Shown one piece after another: positions 26,779-37,546 of a stretch of DNA of 64,000 bases. The DNA is taken from positions 106,518,001 to 106,582,000 of the forward strand of contig NW_024704742.1 of NCBI RefSeq assembly GCF_018977255.1, in the 5' to 3' direction. Below the pieces are notes generated by a model. It saw nothing but the letters and a program-made list of their open reading frames with translations. It was not told the DNA's origin and searched no databases. This DNA is from Callorhinchus milii (taxonomy: Eukaryota). How positions within the stretch are numbered: position 1 is the first letter of the stretch; each line of letters starts with the position of its first letter. The position numbers and the translations under genes are program-made.

Positions 26779-27932
26779 CTGATACAATATTTCACATGCA
26801 TACTTGCTACTATTCACTTTTACTGCCAATATCATATCCTTGAACTTGTATCCAGTGAATCAATTTCTAAATACCTATTTGCTTTGCAATTGCACTGCCA
26901 AACACTGTGACAAGTTCCACATTTTGTCAACTATAACAGCGTTGATCTGTCTCTTGACTCACCTTATGTGACAGTATAACCTTCATTGTATAATAAGATT
27001 TCTTATTTTTTCCATACAAATATTTCTTAATATTAAATGCCTTTTCCAATTCACCTACCCAGTTGCTGAAGCCTGTGAAGCTCTCTTTGAACTTTATCCT
27101 TTTCTCTGAATATTCCGCTTTACCACTTCAAACTTGGACTCTAATTTTAATACCTTCATCTGGATCATTTATCAAAATATTTCACAGCAGAGGTCAGTAA
27201 TTTACTCTTCTGTCAATGTCGATCGGCTTTACATGAAACCTGGTGATGGGGTTGTTTGTTTCAGATTGATCAACATCAGCAGGGAATTCTCCCGTTTACA
27301 TTCTTCACGGACTTTATCAAACTATAGCGGAGACTTTAAGACAGGCGTATTTGCCATCTGGCATCCCTGGTGTGATTCCATTAGGCTTCAGCATTTGAGA
27401 GAATGTGAACGAACTGTCAGACCTTGAGATATTACAGCAAAATGTTTGACGCATCTAAAAGGAGAAATAGAAAGATAATCCTGGTACATTGAATTCTCAA
27501 ATGCATTGACATTTCCATCAAGGTCTCGTAAATAGCCCGGCTGAGGTTGCCCTGCCAACATTTCCATTGATTTTGTTTTTCCCTCCTGGTAAATTTTACA
27601 GACTTTTCTCTACCTATTGAACTGGATGCTTGATTTAATCTAACTTTAATCTCTTCATGTTAGCTGCCTGTATTATTCACTAGGTAACACACAACTGTGA
27701 CATATTACAGAAAAATATATGTTGCTGTGCAGTTTTGTTCTTTCATTAACATTACCTCCATGGCAATCTTTTCCTGTTTGAATTCACAAAAGCCTATTGA
27801 TCTAGTGGTGGCCTCCAACATGTTGAATTCCATGTTTACTTATCTGACTCGGTCTATATAAATCTCACAAGAAATAGAATCTGTCAATATCACCTGAGGC
27901 ATTTATTTATTGGAATTAGGAACACAAAGCAG

Positions 27933-28250
27933 TACGGAGTCCTGTAGCTCAGTGGTTAGAGCACTTGTCTCGCAAGCGAGAAACCTGGGTTTGATTCCTG
28001 CCAGGGCAAAACCTTGGGCAAGTTTCCTTACTCCAAACGCCTGACAATAGTCCCTCAAGAAAAAAAATAATAAATTGGTCACTTCAATCCATGACTATTT
28101 GTGGCACACTGCTGTGTGCAATTGGCTGCCGCATTTCGCCCACAAATATTCGGTCAATTCACTTTACAGTCTATTCTGTGAAGCGCTTTGAGATGTCTAG
28201 AAGACGTGATAAGGCGCTATATCAAATGCAAGGATTATTATTATTATTAT
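27933..28250 (+). mobile_element. tRNA-Ala SINE
   Basis: Same unit, more diverged; anticodon-position triplet CGC. Confidence 0.9.
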
Positions 28251-28367
28251 GGTAGGCCTGATGTATATTGAAGTATATTGTAACCTTACACTGCCATACT
28301 ACCCAGCATAGCGAAAGGAAGTCCAGAAAAAAATATTTACCCACATGGCCATGAGAATATGGAGTAG

Positions 28368-28870
28368 AGCAAAACGCAAAATACTGCAGATGCTGGAAAT
28401 CTGAAACAAAAACAGAAGTCCCTGAGAACACTCAGCAGCATCTATGGAGAAAGGAAAGTGAGTCAACGTTTGGGGTCTATGACCTTTTATCATAACTGGT
28501 CCATGTTGGAAGGGAGAGGCCTTTATGGACTAACAGAGAGATGGGAGGCAGGGCAAGGAAGACAAAGGAGAAAATGGGATAGAGGACAGGGGATGATGGG
28601 TTAAAGACGTGTTAATGATGCAAAATAAAGGGGGGGGTGGGAACTGCAACAAAACAGGTAGACCAGAGAGAGAAAAGGTGTGTCTGGGACCCAGATGATG
28701 TGGTAATGGTCACAGAAGAGGGGAGGGGAAAGGTGAGCTGTTATGGTCTGACATTATTGAAATCAATATTGAGGCTGCTGTAAGGTCCCTAGCAGATAGA
28801 TGAGCTTGTGCTGTGGTTCATTGGAACAGCGTAGGAGACCATGGATGGAGAGGTCAGAGTGTGAGTGGGA
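28368..28870 (-). mobile_element. Penelope-like element 3' end (GIY-YIG endonuclease C-terminus plus pLTR)
   Basis: Minus strand 28870-28741 reads SHSHSDLSIHGLLRCSNEPQHKLIYLLGTLQ / LNIDFNNVRP* (one frameshift), typical of PLE endonuclease ends, followed by the pLTR. Confidence 0.8.
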
Positions 28871-29452
28871 GTAGACTATCTCAGAAGATCATACATGCAG
28901 TTGATTGAGGTGTTTTAGAGAATGATAGATATACTTGAGTGAGTGAGAATGGTAAAGAATCTGAACAAAAGGTGGGAAAATAAACAAAGGGCCATCACAG
29001 CCATATGGCGGAGCAGATTTAATGGGCCGAATGTCTTACTGCTATTTCTATATAGTGTGGAGGTTCACATCTGTGATTTTTCACATGAGGAGTTTATGGT
29101 CTCAACATTAATGTGAGAGCAATGTAAGAAGGTATTTTGTTTATATGCTGAAGGGTGCTGTTGGCTTGATGGTTTCTGCTATTTTCAGGGTTCTTCCTGG
29201 GTCAGCCTTCCCACCCCCACCTCCCGAGGTTAGCTTGTTGGTGGTGTTTTTTTTACCAGCATTCTTAAGCATCCTGTTTACAGGACATTACCATTTCCTT
29301 ACAGGCACCTGCCCCTTAACCCTGAAAGTGTGGCACTTGCACTCCAATCAGAATCCAGACATGTTACAATACCCCCTTCTTATCAGCCCACGGCATTTTA
29401 TTTATCTGCTTTGAAATACTATGAACAATGCAATAATTGTGCAGCCTGCCCT

Positions 29453-29702
29453 TATAATAATAATAATAATAATAATAATGTTTGCTATATCAAATGGGAG
29501 GACGTCCCAAAGCGCTTCACAGAACACACTGTAAAGTGAATTGACTGTATATTTGTGGGCAAACGCGGCAGCCAATTGCGCACAGCAATGTCCCACAAAC
29601 AGTCGTAGATTGAAAATGACCAATTTATTATTGTTTTGGGTTTTGGAGGGAATATTATTAGGCTGTGTGTGGAGTAAGGAAACTTGCCCAAGGTTTCGCC
29701 CT
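29453..29702 (-). mobile_element. 5'-truncated tRNA-Ala SINE
   Basis: Reverse complement of the body and tail. Confidence 0.9.
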
Positions 29703-29859
29703 TTTATTTTATCAGAGAATAGATACTGGAGTTATTTGGGCAGTATTTCTTAACTAATTTCTTAACTAAGGAGAGTTCTTCCAGTAACTGGAAACACATC
29801 ACTCTGTCAAGGGAACCCTGCTTCAAAGCTAGATTAAAATGGAGCAGCATTCCTTTACC

Positions 29860-30545
29860 ATTGACAAAGTGCTTCACGAAATATACAGTAAAGTAAATTG
29901 ACAGTATATATTTTGTTGGCAAAAAGCAGCAGGCAACTGTATACTATATACTGTATACTGTAGACAAGCTGTATACAGCAGTGACCCATAAACAGTTGTG
30001 GATTGAGTGACCAAATTTTTTTTCAAAGGAATTATTACCGCGGAAAAGCAATCTGCCAATCGATAACAATCGAGTTCCTACTTACTGCTAGGTAAATAGA
30101 GGTGTGTGGAGTAAGTAGGTGCGTGGAGTCCTGTGGCTCAGTGGTTAGAGCACTCGCTTTGCAAGCGAGAGACCTGAGTTCAATTCCAGGCAGGGCGAAA
30201 CCTTGGGCAAGTTTCCTTACTCCACATGCCTAATAATAATCCCTCCAAAAACCAAAAACAATAATAAAATTGGTCATTTTCAATCTACGACTGTTTGTGG
30301 GTCATTGCTGTGCGCAATTGGCTGCCGCGTTTGCCCACAAATATACAGTCAATTCACTTTACAGTGTGTTCTGTGAAGCGCTTTGGGACGTCCTCCTGAC
30401 GTGAAAAGCGCTATATCAAATGCAAGGATTATTATTATTATTATTATTATTAAGTAGACTTGCCCAAAGTTTCACCCTGCCCGGTTTCAAACCCAGCTCT
30501 TCTCATTTGCAAGGCAAGTGCTCTAACCACTAAGCTACAGGTCTG
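29860..30545 (-). mobile_element. Long-subfamily SINE split by the young insertion at 30119-30450
   Basis: Body at 29860-30118 resumes at 30458-30545 (head). Confidence 0.8.
30119..30450 (+). mobile_element. Young tRNA-Ala-derived SINE (short subfamily), full length
   Basis: A box ggctcagtgg, anticodon arm ctcgc-TTTGCAA-gcgag, B box gagttcaattcc, Deu-type core gtggg.cattgctgtgcgcaattggctgccgcg, L2-like tail, (TTA)n; TSD taagtag. Confidence 0.92.
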
Positions 30546-30549
30546 ATAT

Positions 30550-30875
30550 TCGAATGTAGTTCTGGAGATGCGCTGCATCGTTAGAGGTGCCATCCTTTGG
30601 ATGAGACGTTAATCCAAGGACCCACTTCAAGTGTGGTTTAAAGATCCTGTGGTACCCTTTGAAAATCAGAAGGCTGTTTCTCCCAGTGTCTTGGCCAGCA
30701 ATCCCTCAGATAAAATTAGTCATTCACAAACTGTCTATGGATATTTCTGTGTGCAAACTGGCTGCCATGTTTTGCCTACAAAAAACACAGTCACTACACT
30801 TTCCATTAAATCCTGTGAAGTGCTTTGATATGTCCTCGGATTGTGAAAGGCACTATATTGAATGCAAGGATTATT
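30550..30875 (+). mobile_element. SacSINE1-like DeuSINE
   Basis: gaggtgccatcctttggatgagacgttaa...aaagatcctgtggtac; shared tail. Confidence 0.78.
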
Positions 30876-32378
30876 TTGATTTCCTTGTTTTTGCTGTCCA
30901 GCTATTTTTAAATTACCTAGTGTTTTTCTTAAGAACTGACTGTTTGTGCACAGAAATAAATGAGTTCACAGTAATCATGTGGTCCTCATTTTTTACTTCA
31001 AAACAGTACATCATCAAAATAGTGTTATTAATGTCAAAAGAACTGATGGTCGGGTAGATAATAGTACAACAGAGTTTTTCAATTTTTTTTATTTACAATA
31101 TTTGTCGCTGTACAAATGTTCATAGTATTTCCAAGAAGGTAAATAAAGTTCTGTGGCCTGAGTTGCAATTTTTGGAGAAAATTATTAAATTTAATATCTA
31201 AGGACAACAAATAAAGGAAAATGTTCTTGTCTTTGAAAATTATTTCCAGAACAACTTGCACTTATACAGCATCTTTCACAATGAATAAATGGTTCAGAGC
31301 ACTTGGCACTTACAACAGGGAGCCCCAAGCTGAGCGAAAAATAAATTAAATTAAGAGTATCCAAAAGCAAAGTCAAAGAACAATGATTTTAGAGGGTTTT
31401 GAGAGGAACTGAGGCTAAGAGGTTTTCAAAGAGTTCCAGAGGCTAGTGCCATAGTGACAGAATAATAATCCTTGCATTTGCTATTTGGTAAAGTGCCTTT
31501 CATCCCAGACTTAAGGTTGGACAGGAGAATGCAACATATTAAGGAATGAAAAATGCTCAAACAGGAAAACTGAAAAGTAAATGGCTCGAGCACTGGAAAA
31601 AGCATCTTGGAACGTAAAGCATATTTTATGCAGGGAGCATATGACATCAACAAGAACTCAACACAACTCTGTTCTCAGCCAGAGCAGATTTCTTGTGAAT
31701 TGGCGTGACAACCTTGAGGTTCCTGAATGAGATGAACTCCCTGTACCAAGTTGTGTTTTCTGGTGTTTGTGACAATTACCCTGTGGTTTTCCCATTCAAG
31801 TGTTTCTCAAGGTCCATTGCAACTGTTGTTTGGATGGAACAAGAGAGAGGTGACCTTAAATGAATCAACAAGATAGAGAAACATGAGAAAAATATACAAC
31901 CATGGTTCCCTTTCCTTCTCTCTCTGGGCATTTGCACTCAAAGTTTTCCAATAGTTCTACTATCAACTGGAACTTTAACCATTCTGATCACAAACTTGTC
32001 TTGTCACCTTGTGTTGCAATAATGGGAAAGTGGAGACTTAAACTTCAGGTTTAGATTGTTTACCAGAAAATCAAATGTCAGTTTTACTCGTGGAAGAAAA
32101 AGTATGTACTATTGCTCATTCTAATAGATCATAATACTTCCATAAATTAATATTATAAACATTGATTCATATTCCCAACAGAATTATTATTAATAATAAT
32201 CCTTGCATTTAATATAGCACCTTATCATGTTGCTGAAACTTCTCAAAATGCCTCACAGAATATATTGTAAAGTGGATTGAATGTATATTTTCTGGACAAA
32301 ACCCAGTGGACAGATACGCACAGCAATGTCCTACAAACAGTAGGGGATAGAGTGATCAATTTTTTTAAAAAAGGATAC

Positions 32379-32533
32379 GGTCAGTGAAAAGACAAACAAA
32401 TATGATGCCACAAAACCAGCGAAGAAAATTAATCCTTTGTCATTTTGCAGGTATGGCTTATATTTCTTCAGAGCCAGGTAAATCAAAAATGACAACGTGG
32501 AAGACAGAAGTAACGAGACCACCATTCTTGTAC
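32379..32533 (-). CDS. KRTCAP2: KRTCAP2-like (keratinocyte-associated protein 2 / OST subunit KCP2) coding exon, 155 nt
   Basis: Translates (G)TRMVVSLLLSSTLSFLIYLALKKYKPYLQNDKGLIFFAGFVASYLFVFSLT, matching the KRTCAP2 pattern SLxLSSxLS...GxxxSxLFVFSLT. Acceptor tttctattcacag; donor gtatcctttt (U12 type). Confidence 0.9.
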
Positions 32534-32877
32534 CTGTGAATAGAAACATAAATTTAAAAAGAAACAAATCACAGAAATTAATTTCACGTTGTGTATAACA
32601 TGATAGCTTGAAAGTAAATGATGGAATGTGTCATGACCTATATATGACAAAGTATCTGTATGAGAGATCAGAAAAATAACATTGTGTGAGTATATCATCT
32701 TCCTCACACAGTATGGCACGTTGGTCATTAATGTCATGAATCAAGAAGAACACACTAGAGCTGTCAGACAGCTCCAGTTTCAAACATTCGAACCTTGGCA
32801 ATTTTCAATTCATGCTTTTATCTGATTTTTTGCGTGAAACCTGATTACAATTGTGGTGAGTGTGTATATATGTGTAT

Positions 32878-33528
32878 ATGTGGAGTCCTGTAGCTCAGTG
32901 GTTAGAGCACTCGCTTTGCAAGTGAGAGACCTGAGTTCAATTCCAGGCAGGGCGAAACCTTGGGCAAGTTTCCTTACTCCACACGCCTAATAATAATCCC
33001 TCCAAAAACAAAAACAATAATAAAATTGGTCATTTTCAATCTACGACTGTTTGTGGGACATTGCTGTGCGCAATTGGCTGCCGCGTTCGCCCACAAATAT
33101 ACAGTCAATTCACTTTACAGTCTATTCTGTGAAGCGCTTTGGGACGTCCTCCCGACGTGAAAAGCGCTATATCAAATGCAAGGATTATTATTATTATTAT
33201 ATATGTGGAGTCCTGTAGCTCAGTGGTTAGAGCACTCGCTTTGCAAGCAAGAGACCTGAGTTCATTTCCCAGCAGGGCGAAACCTTGGGCAAGTTTCCTT
33301 ACTCCACACGCCTAATAATAATCCCTCCAAAACCAAAAAAAACAATAATAAATTGGTCATTTTCAATCCACGACTGTTTGTGGGACATTGCTGTGCGCAA
33401 TTGGCTGCCGCATTCGCCAACAAGCATACAGTCAATTCACTTTTCAGTGTGTTCTGTGAAACGCTTTGGGACGTCCTCCCAACGTGAAAAGCGCTATATC
33501 AAATGCAAGGATTATTATTATTATTATA
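32878..33528 (+). mobile_element. Head-to-tail dimer of the young tRNA-Ala SINE
   Basis: Two near-identical ~320 bp units, about 32878-33200 and 33204-33528. Confidence 0.93.
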
Positions 33529-33552
33529 TATAAAAATATATATCTATGTATA

Positions 33553-34036
33553 TCTATACTAATAAAACAACAAAGTCTGTCTGCGCTTCAAGAAGGATCT
33601 CAATAACCGATTGGCATAGAGACATGATTTATATCTCATCGGGAAGGTCTTGCACCTGGGACTGACGTGGATACATTTGTTTTTGGGTATCTCCTACCTT
33701 TTATGAGTTATGTTCAGTTTTGCATTTTTCGCTGAAGTTACACCTGGTAGCCGCCAAGTCAATGTGCCTCTGTGGCATCGTGCATTACAGAGCATGTGCG
33801 TAGCCAAGCGGCGGGAACAAAATAAAGAACACAGACAAAGCTAAGCTGAGACAACAACAAAAATTTAACAATTTGTTAAAGTGCCAAGTCCTCCCACTGA
33901 GTCCTCCCAAAAGGAATCCTCCCACAGAAGTCCTCCCAGATGAGTATAGATAACAACGAAATGTCTGTCTGTGTGTCAATCTACATTCCATATTTGACCC
34001 TTTGGATGCAAGCAAAGCTGCAACGGGTACAGCATA
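33553..34036 (+). mobile_element. Probable non-autonomous Helitron
   Basis: Begins A|TCTATACTAATAAAA with gtctgtctg repeats; ends in GC-rich gcaagcaaagctgcaacgggtacagc. No TIR or TSD; terminal CTRR is imperfect. Confidence 0.55.
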
Positions 34037-34052
34037 TATATATATATACATA

Positions 34053-34226
34053 CAGTAAACTCTTGATAACTCGACCCTGGCTTAATTTGTCACCACCAGT
34101 TAAATCATACAATCAATAACCCGGCAACATTTATTCAGGTATTATACATATGCCTAACTCGCCACTCGGGATAACTCATCATTGAGTCCTTTTCCTTTGG
34201 AATGAGGAGTTATCAGGAGTTTACTA
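34053..34226. mobile_element. Tc1/mariner (pogo/Tigger-type) MITE
   Basis: TIRs cagtaaactcttgataactc / gagttatcaggagtttacta (2 mismatches in 20), flanked by TA. Confidence 0.8.
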
Positions 34227-37165
34227 TATATCCATTTTTAAGTTTTATATATATTTATATTCAGTATATAACACAAAATCCTCTCTTAGTCCTGTGTTGT
34301 GATTGAATTCATGTACAAAAAGGGGTCATTTCTATTTAAAGTCACTCATAAACACCGAATAGGTCTGGGTATAAACAACGTAGACCAACTACTTGAAAGA
34401 ATGAACAGGCTCATTATTCATGCTATTTCAGAAGAAACTTCAAATCCCCATGGCACTATTCAAAAGGTACCCAGATTTTTTCAAATTTGTCATGAGCAAG
34501 CTTTGGAGAATACATGTATTTCTGAATGCACCATTTGCTAGATGGTGCAGCAATGCTGGGAGTAGGATGGGATACTTCTGTTCCTCTATTTGGCTGAAGT
34601 ATATCATGTGCACTGTCATGAAGTCATGATTAATTGGTTCAATTGTAAGGGAGGGTAATGAGCCTCCTGAGTTAAACACCTGCCTCCAAAGACATGGCTT
34701 CATTGATATGAATCTCAAAAAATATAACAAGCAGAGGGCACATTAATCAGCCTATTTTACCCCCAAAAAAGCTGTGCTGAATGCTAAACATTTCCTTCAT
34801 GGCTAGAAAACACAATAACTATTTTTTTCAATTTAAGGGCAGTCTTTTTGACCTCTGAAGTGAAACTGTTTGACAGTCCAGAAACTTCATTTGAGATAAA
34901 AGATACTGAAATAAACTGATATGCTGGTTCATATCTCTCTGTCTCTTAGCTGAGAAATATGTAGGTCGTATGGGGGAAAATTGTATCGGGTATGAGTTAA
35001 GCTGGTGTCCTGGGAACCAGTAGTCAAATGCCAGACTCCCGGCATCTGTATTGGCAGCTTGAGACCTAACCCTTGTGCTGATGTCCTGAGAATAGGACAG
35101 GAGCAGGTCACACCTGTGGATGATCTATAGTTATTGGGTGCAATTTGCCAACGTGATAATTATCACTTCACATCTTGCACTTTTAACCTCAGTAACTCTA
35201 AAGGCATTCCTCAACAAGCAGTTTTATCTTAATATCCAGTGGTAAGTAAGTCTTTAACTAAAGCATTCGATGTCCATACACACATATAACTTGGTGGTTT
35301 CGGCACAAGCTAGTGCTAATTCCACTCAGTTATACAAATCTTAGTAAAAAAAATCAGAAGTGAATGAAGCAGTATTATTATAAGCATGACTTTCTTATAC
35401 AATGATATAAAAATCTAACAAGCATTAAGTTGTTAAATGCCCTCTGAGAATCAAAGCTTTTAGAGGCACAAGTATGAAGTCTCAATGCACTTCTCAACAA
35501 GCACGTAACATCGTAACACGTAACACGTAACATAACACCAAAAAAGGCCCAATTTAATTGGCAAGCCCTAAAGTTGAAGTGTGTACAAGTGGAGTGATAG
35601 CAAGGCACCTCAATAATAGTGAGCCGCATTGACACTATAAATATGCAAGAAAGTTGTAAACCCCATGGACAACATCAAAGTCTCTTTTGAGATGAATGAG
35701 GCTGCCCTTGAGGGCACTGGAATAGGTCTAGTGAGTACAACTTTGTTAGTCTTTGTTCCGCTTGAAATGTGAAGTTTAGTTGTAGGCAGATGAAGATTCT
35801 TGACATTAAGAAAAATTCCTCTCTAGCAGAGCAAGAAAAGTGATAAGAGGCTGACTTGCTGAGATTGGGTTGTAGCTGGGATAGCTCCAGATCTCATTCA
35901 TTCTTAAGGTTTACATATTCTAGGTATAATTGTAACGTTATTTTGCATTGGCTGTTCGATTGTGTGCCAGATCATCAAGTTAGCTGCTTTCATCACTGCT
36001 GATCACTGGCACATTGGCAGAAGCGGTTGTGCTAATTGATGCTATTGATGGTAGCAAAGCTCTCCTATTACATGTGGAGTCATTTTCAAGTTTAGTTATT
36101 ATATTTTTATGTCCTCAACCTTGGCAAGAATTTCTTCAATTACTTGTACAATTTCAAGATCAATATTTGACGTTTTGTTCTCTCATTTTGGCTGTTGTGC
36201 TATGGCAGATGATCTTATGTGCAGTTACAAATACACAATGGAGGCTCATAATTGGGGCATTATTTATTTATTTCACCAAAGATACTCAAGGTTGTCTTTG
36301 GTTGCTTATCGTCTGGACACTTCTTCAATCATTCTTGCCAATATGTGCATATTTTAAATGACACCTATTGACATTACAGTTACATTGTGTGGATTTGCCC
36401 TCATTCTGTTCCACACCACTTACCTCCCCTTTATTAGGACCTCCCCTCGAGTCCTAATCCCTGACTTTTCAGTGACTTGGGACGTCCTCCTGATGCAAAA
36501 GGCGCTTCACAAATGTAATTTTGTTTTGTTGTATTGTATTATTTAACCAATGGAGATATGAAGGTAATATTTGGAATTCAGTGTTTCCATATCTACTATC
36601 TAGGTTTAGGCCCATCCCATATCCCAATCCATGGGTTTCAGGCTACTTTGTCAATGGACTTCTTTCAGTAGGCAGCCTGTTAACAAATACACATATCAAG
36701 AGTATTTCCGTTACATATTTGTATTGAGAGGGGGTAAAGGCTAGTTTCATGTTGACTGATAGTCTTCAAACAGTACATATGCATTAGAGTTTTGGAGCTG
36801 CACCACCCTCTACACACCCAATGCCTACCATATAAAAAAAAGTACATCTTATTGTACCAGAAGAACAGATGCAGCTTTAAACAATTGACAATTCAGTGCC
36901 TTACACATTCAACAATCAGCTTGGCAATCCTTTTTTTTTGGCCGACCACATATTTGCAGAAGTCTTTGTGTAAAGTTACACTGACTACGCAAGACCCATT
37001 TTATGTCAGGCCTCCAATGGCTAAATAATGAATATAATTAATTAGATTTGGTGCACAGAAGGAACAGGATTGTGGTCTTACTCCTTAAATGTTCCAAAAA
37101 CATGAAGGTGCATTTAAATGAAAGTTGTTGTTGTTCATACATTCAATAACGAGCATGTGTTGTGC

Positions 37166-37546
37166 ACTGCGGAGTCCTGTAGCATGTGGAGTCGTGTAGC
37201 TCACTGATTAGAGCACTTGCCTCGCAAGCAAGAGACCTGGGTTCGATTCCTGGGAGGGCGAAACGTTGCGCAGGTTTCCTTACTCCACATGCCTCTGTTT
37301 ATCTAGCAGTAAGTAGGAACTCAGTCTATCGTCGATTGCTTTTCCGGGTGTAATAATTCTATTTTAAGAAAAAATTGGTACTCAATCCACGACTGTTTAT
37401 GGGGCACTGCTGTGCACAATTGACTGCCGCGTTTTACCCACAAAATATACAGTCAATTCACTTTCCAGTATATTCTGAGAAGCGCTTTGAGACATCTCGA
37501 AGACGTGATAAGGCACTATATCAAATGCAAGGATTATTATTATTAT
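37166..37546 (+). mobile_element. tRNA-Ala SINE, long subfamily
   Basis: Head, extra segment, Deu-type core and tail all visible. Confidence 0.88.

Larger units (their letters stand above)
11889..32378 (-). other. U12-type (minor spliceosome) GT-AG intron, ~20.5 kb
   Basis: 5' site GTATCCTTTT (plus 32369-32378) and branch site TTCCTTGAC (plus 11904-11912) with the branch A about 17 nt from the AG. Both match the U12 consensus. Confidence 0.88.

Noticed and set aside
32878..32955. tRNA-Ala-like sequences at SINE heads as tRNA genes
   Set aside because: No proper acceptor stem, and they always continue into the SINE body and tail.
32878..33528. Repeated units as a CRISPR-like array or repeated small protein (MGKFPYSTRL...)
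   Set aside because: These are dispersed SINE copies in a vertebrate genome. There is no repeat-spacer structure, and the ORFs are broken differently in each copy.
34299..34730. Cluster of overlapping short ORFs
   Set aside because: No recognisable domain; only a faint resemblance of HDKFEKIWVPF to L1 ORF2 ends, too weak to call.
36014..36361. 115 aa hydrophobic ORF
   Set aside because: Non-ATG start, no recognisable family and no convincing splice signals; possibly the antisense of decayed TE coding sequence.
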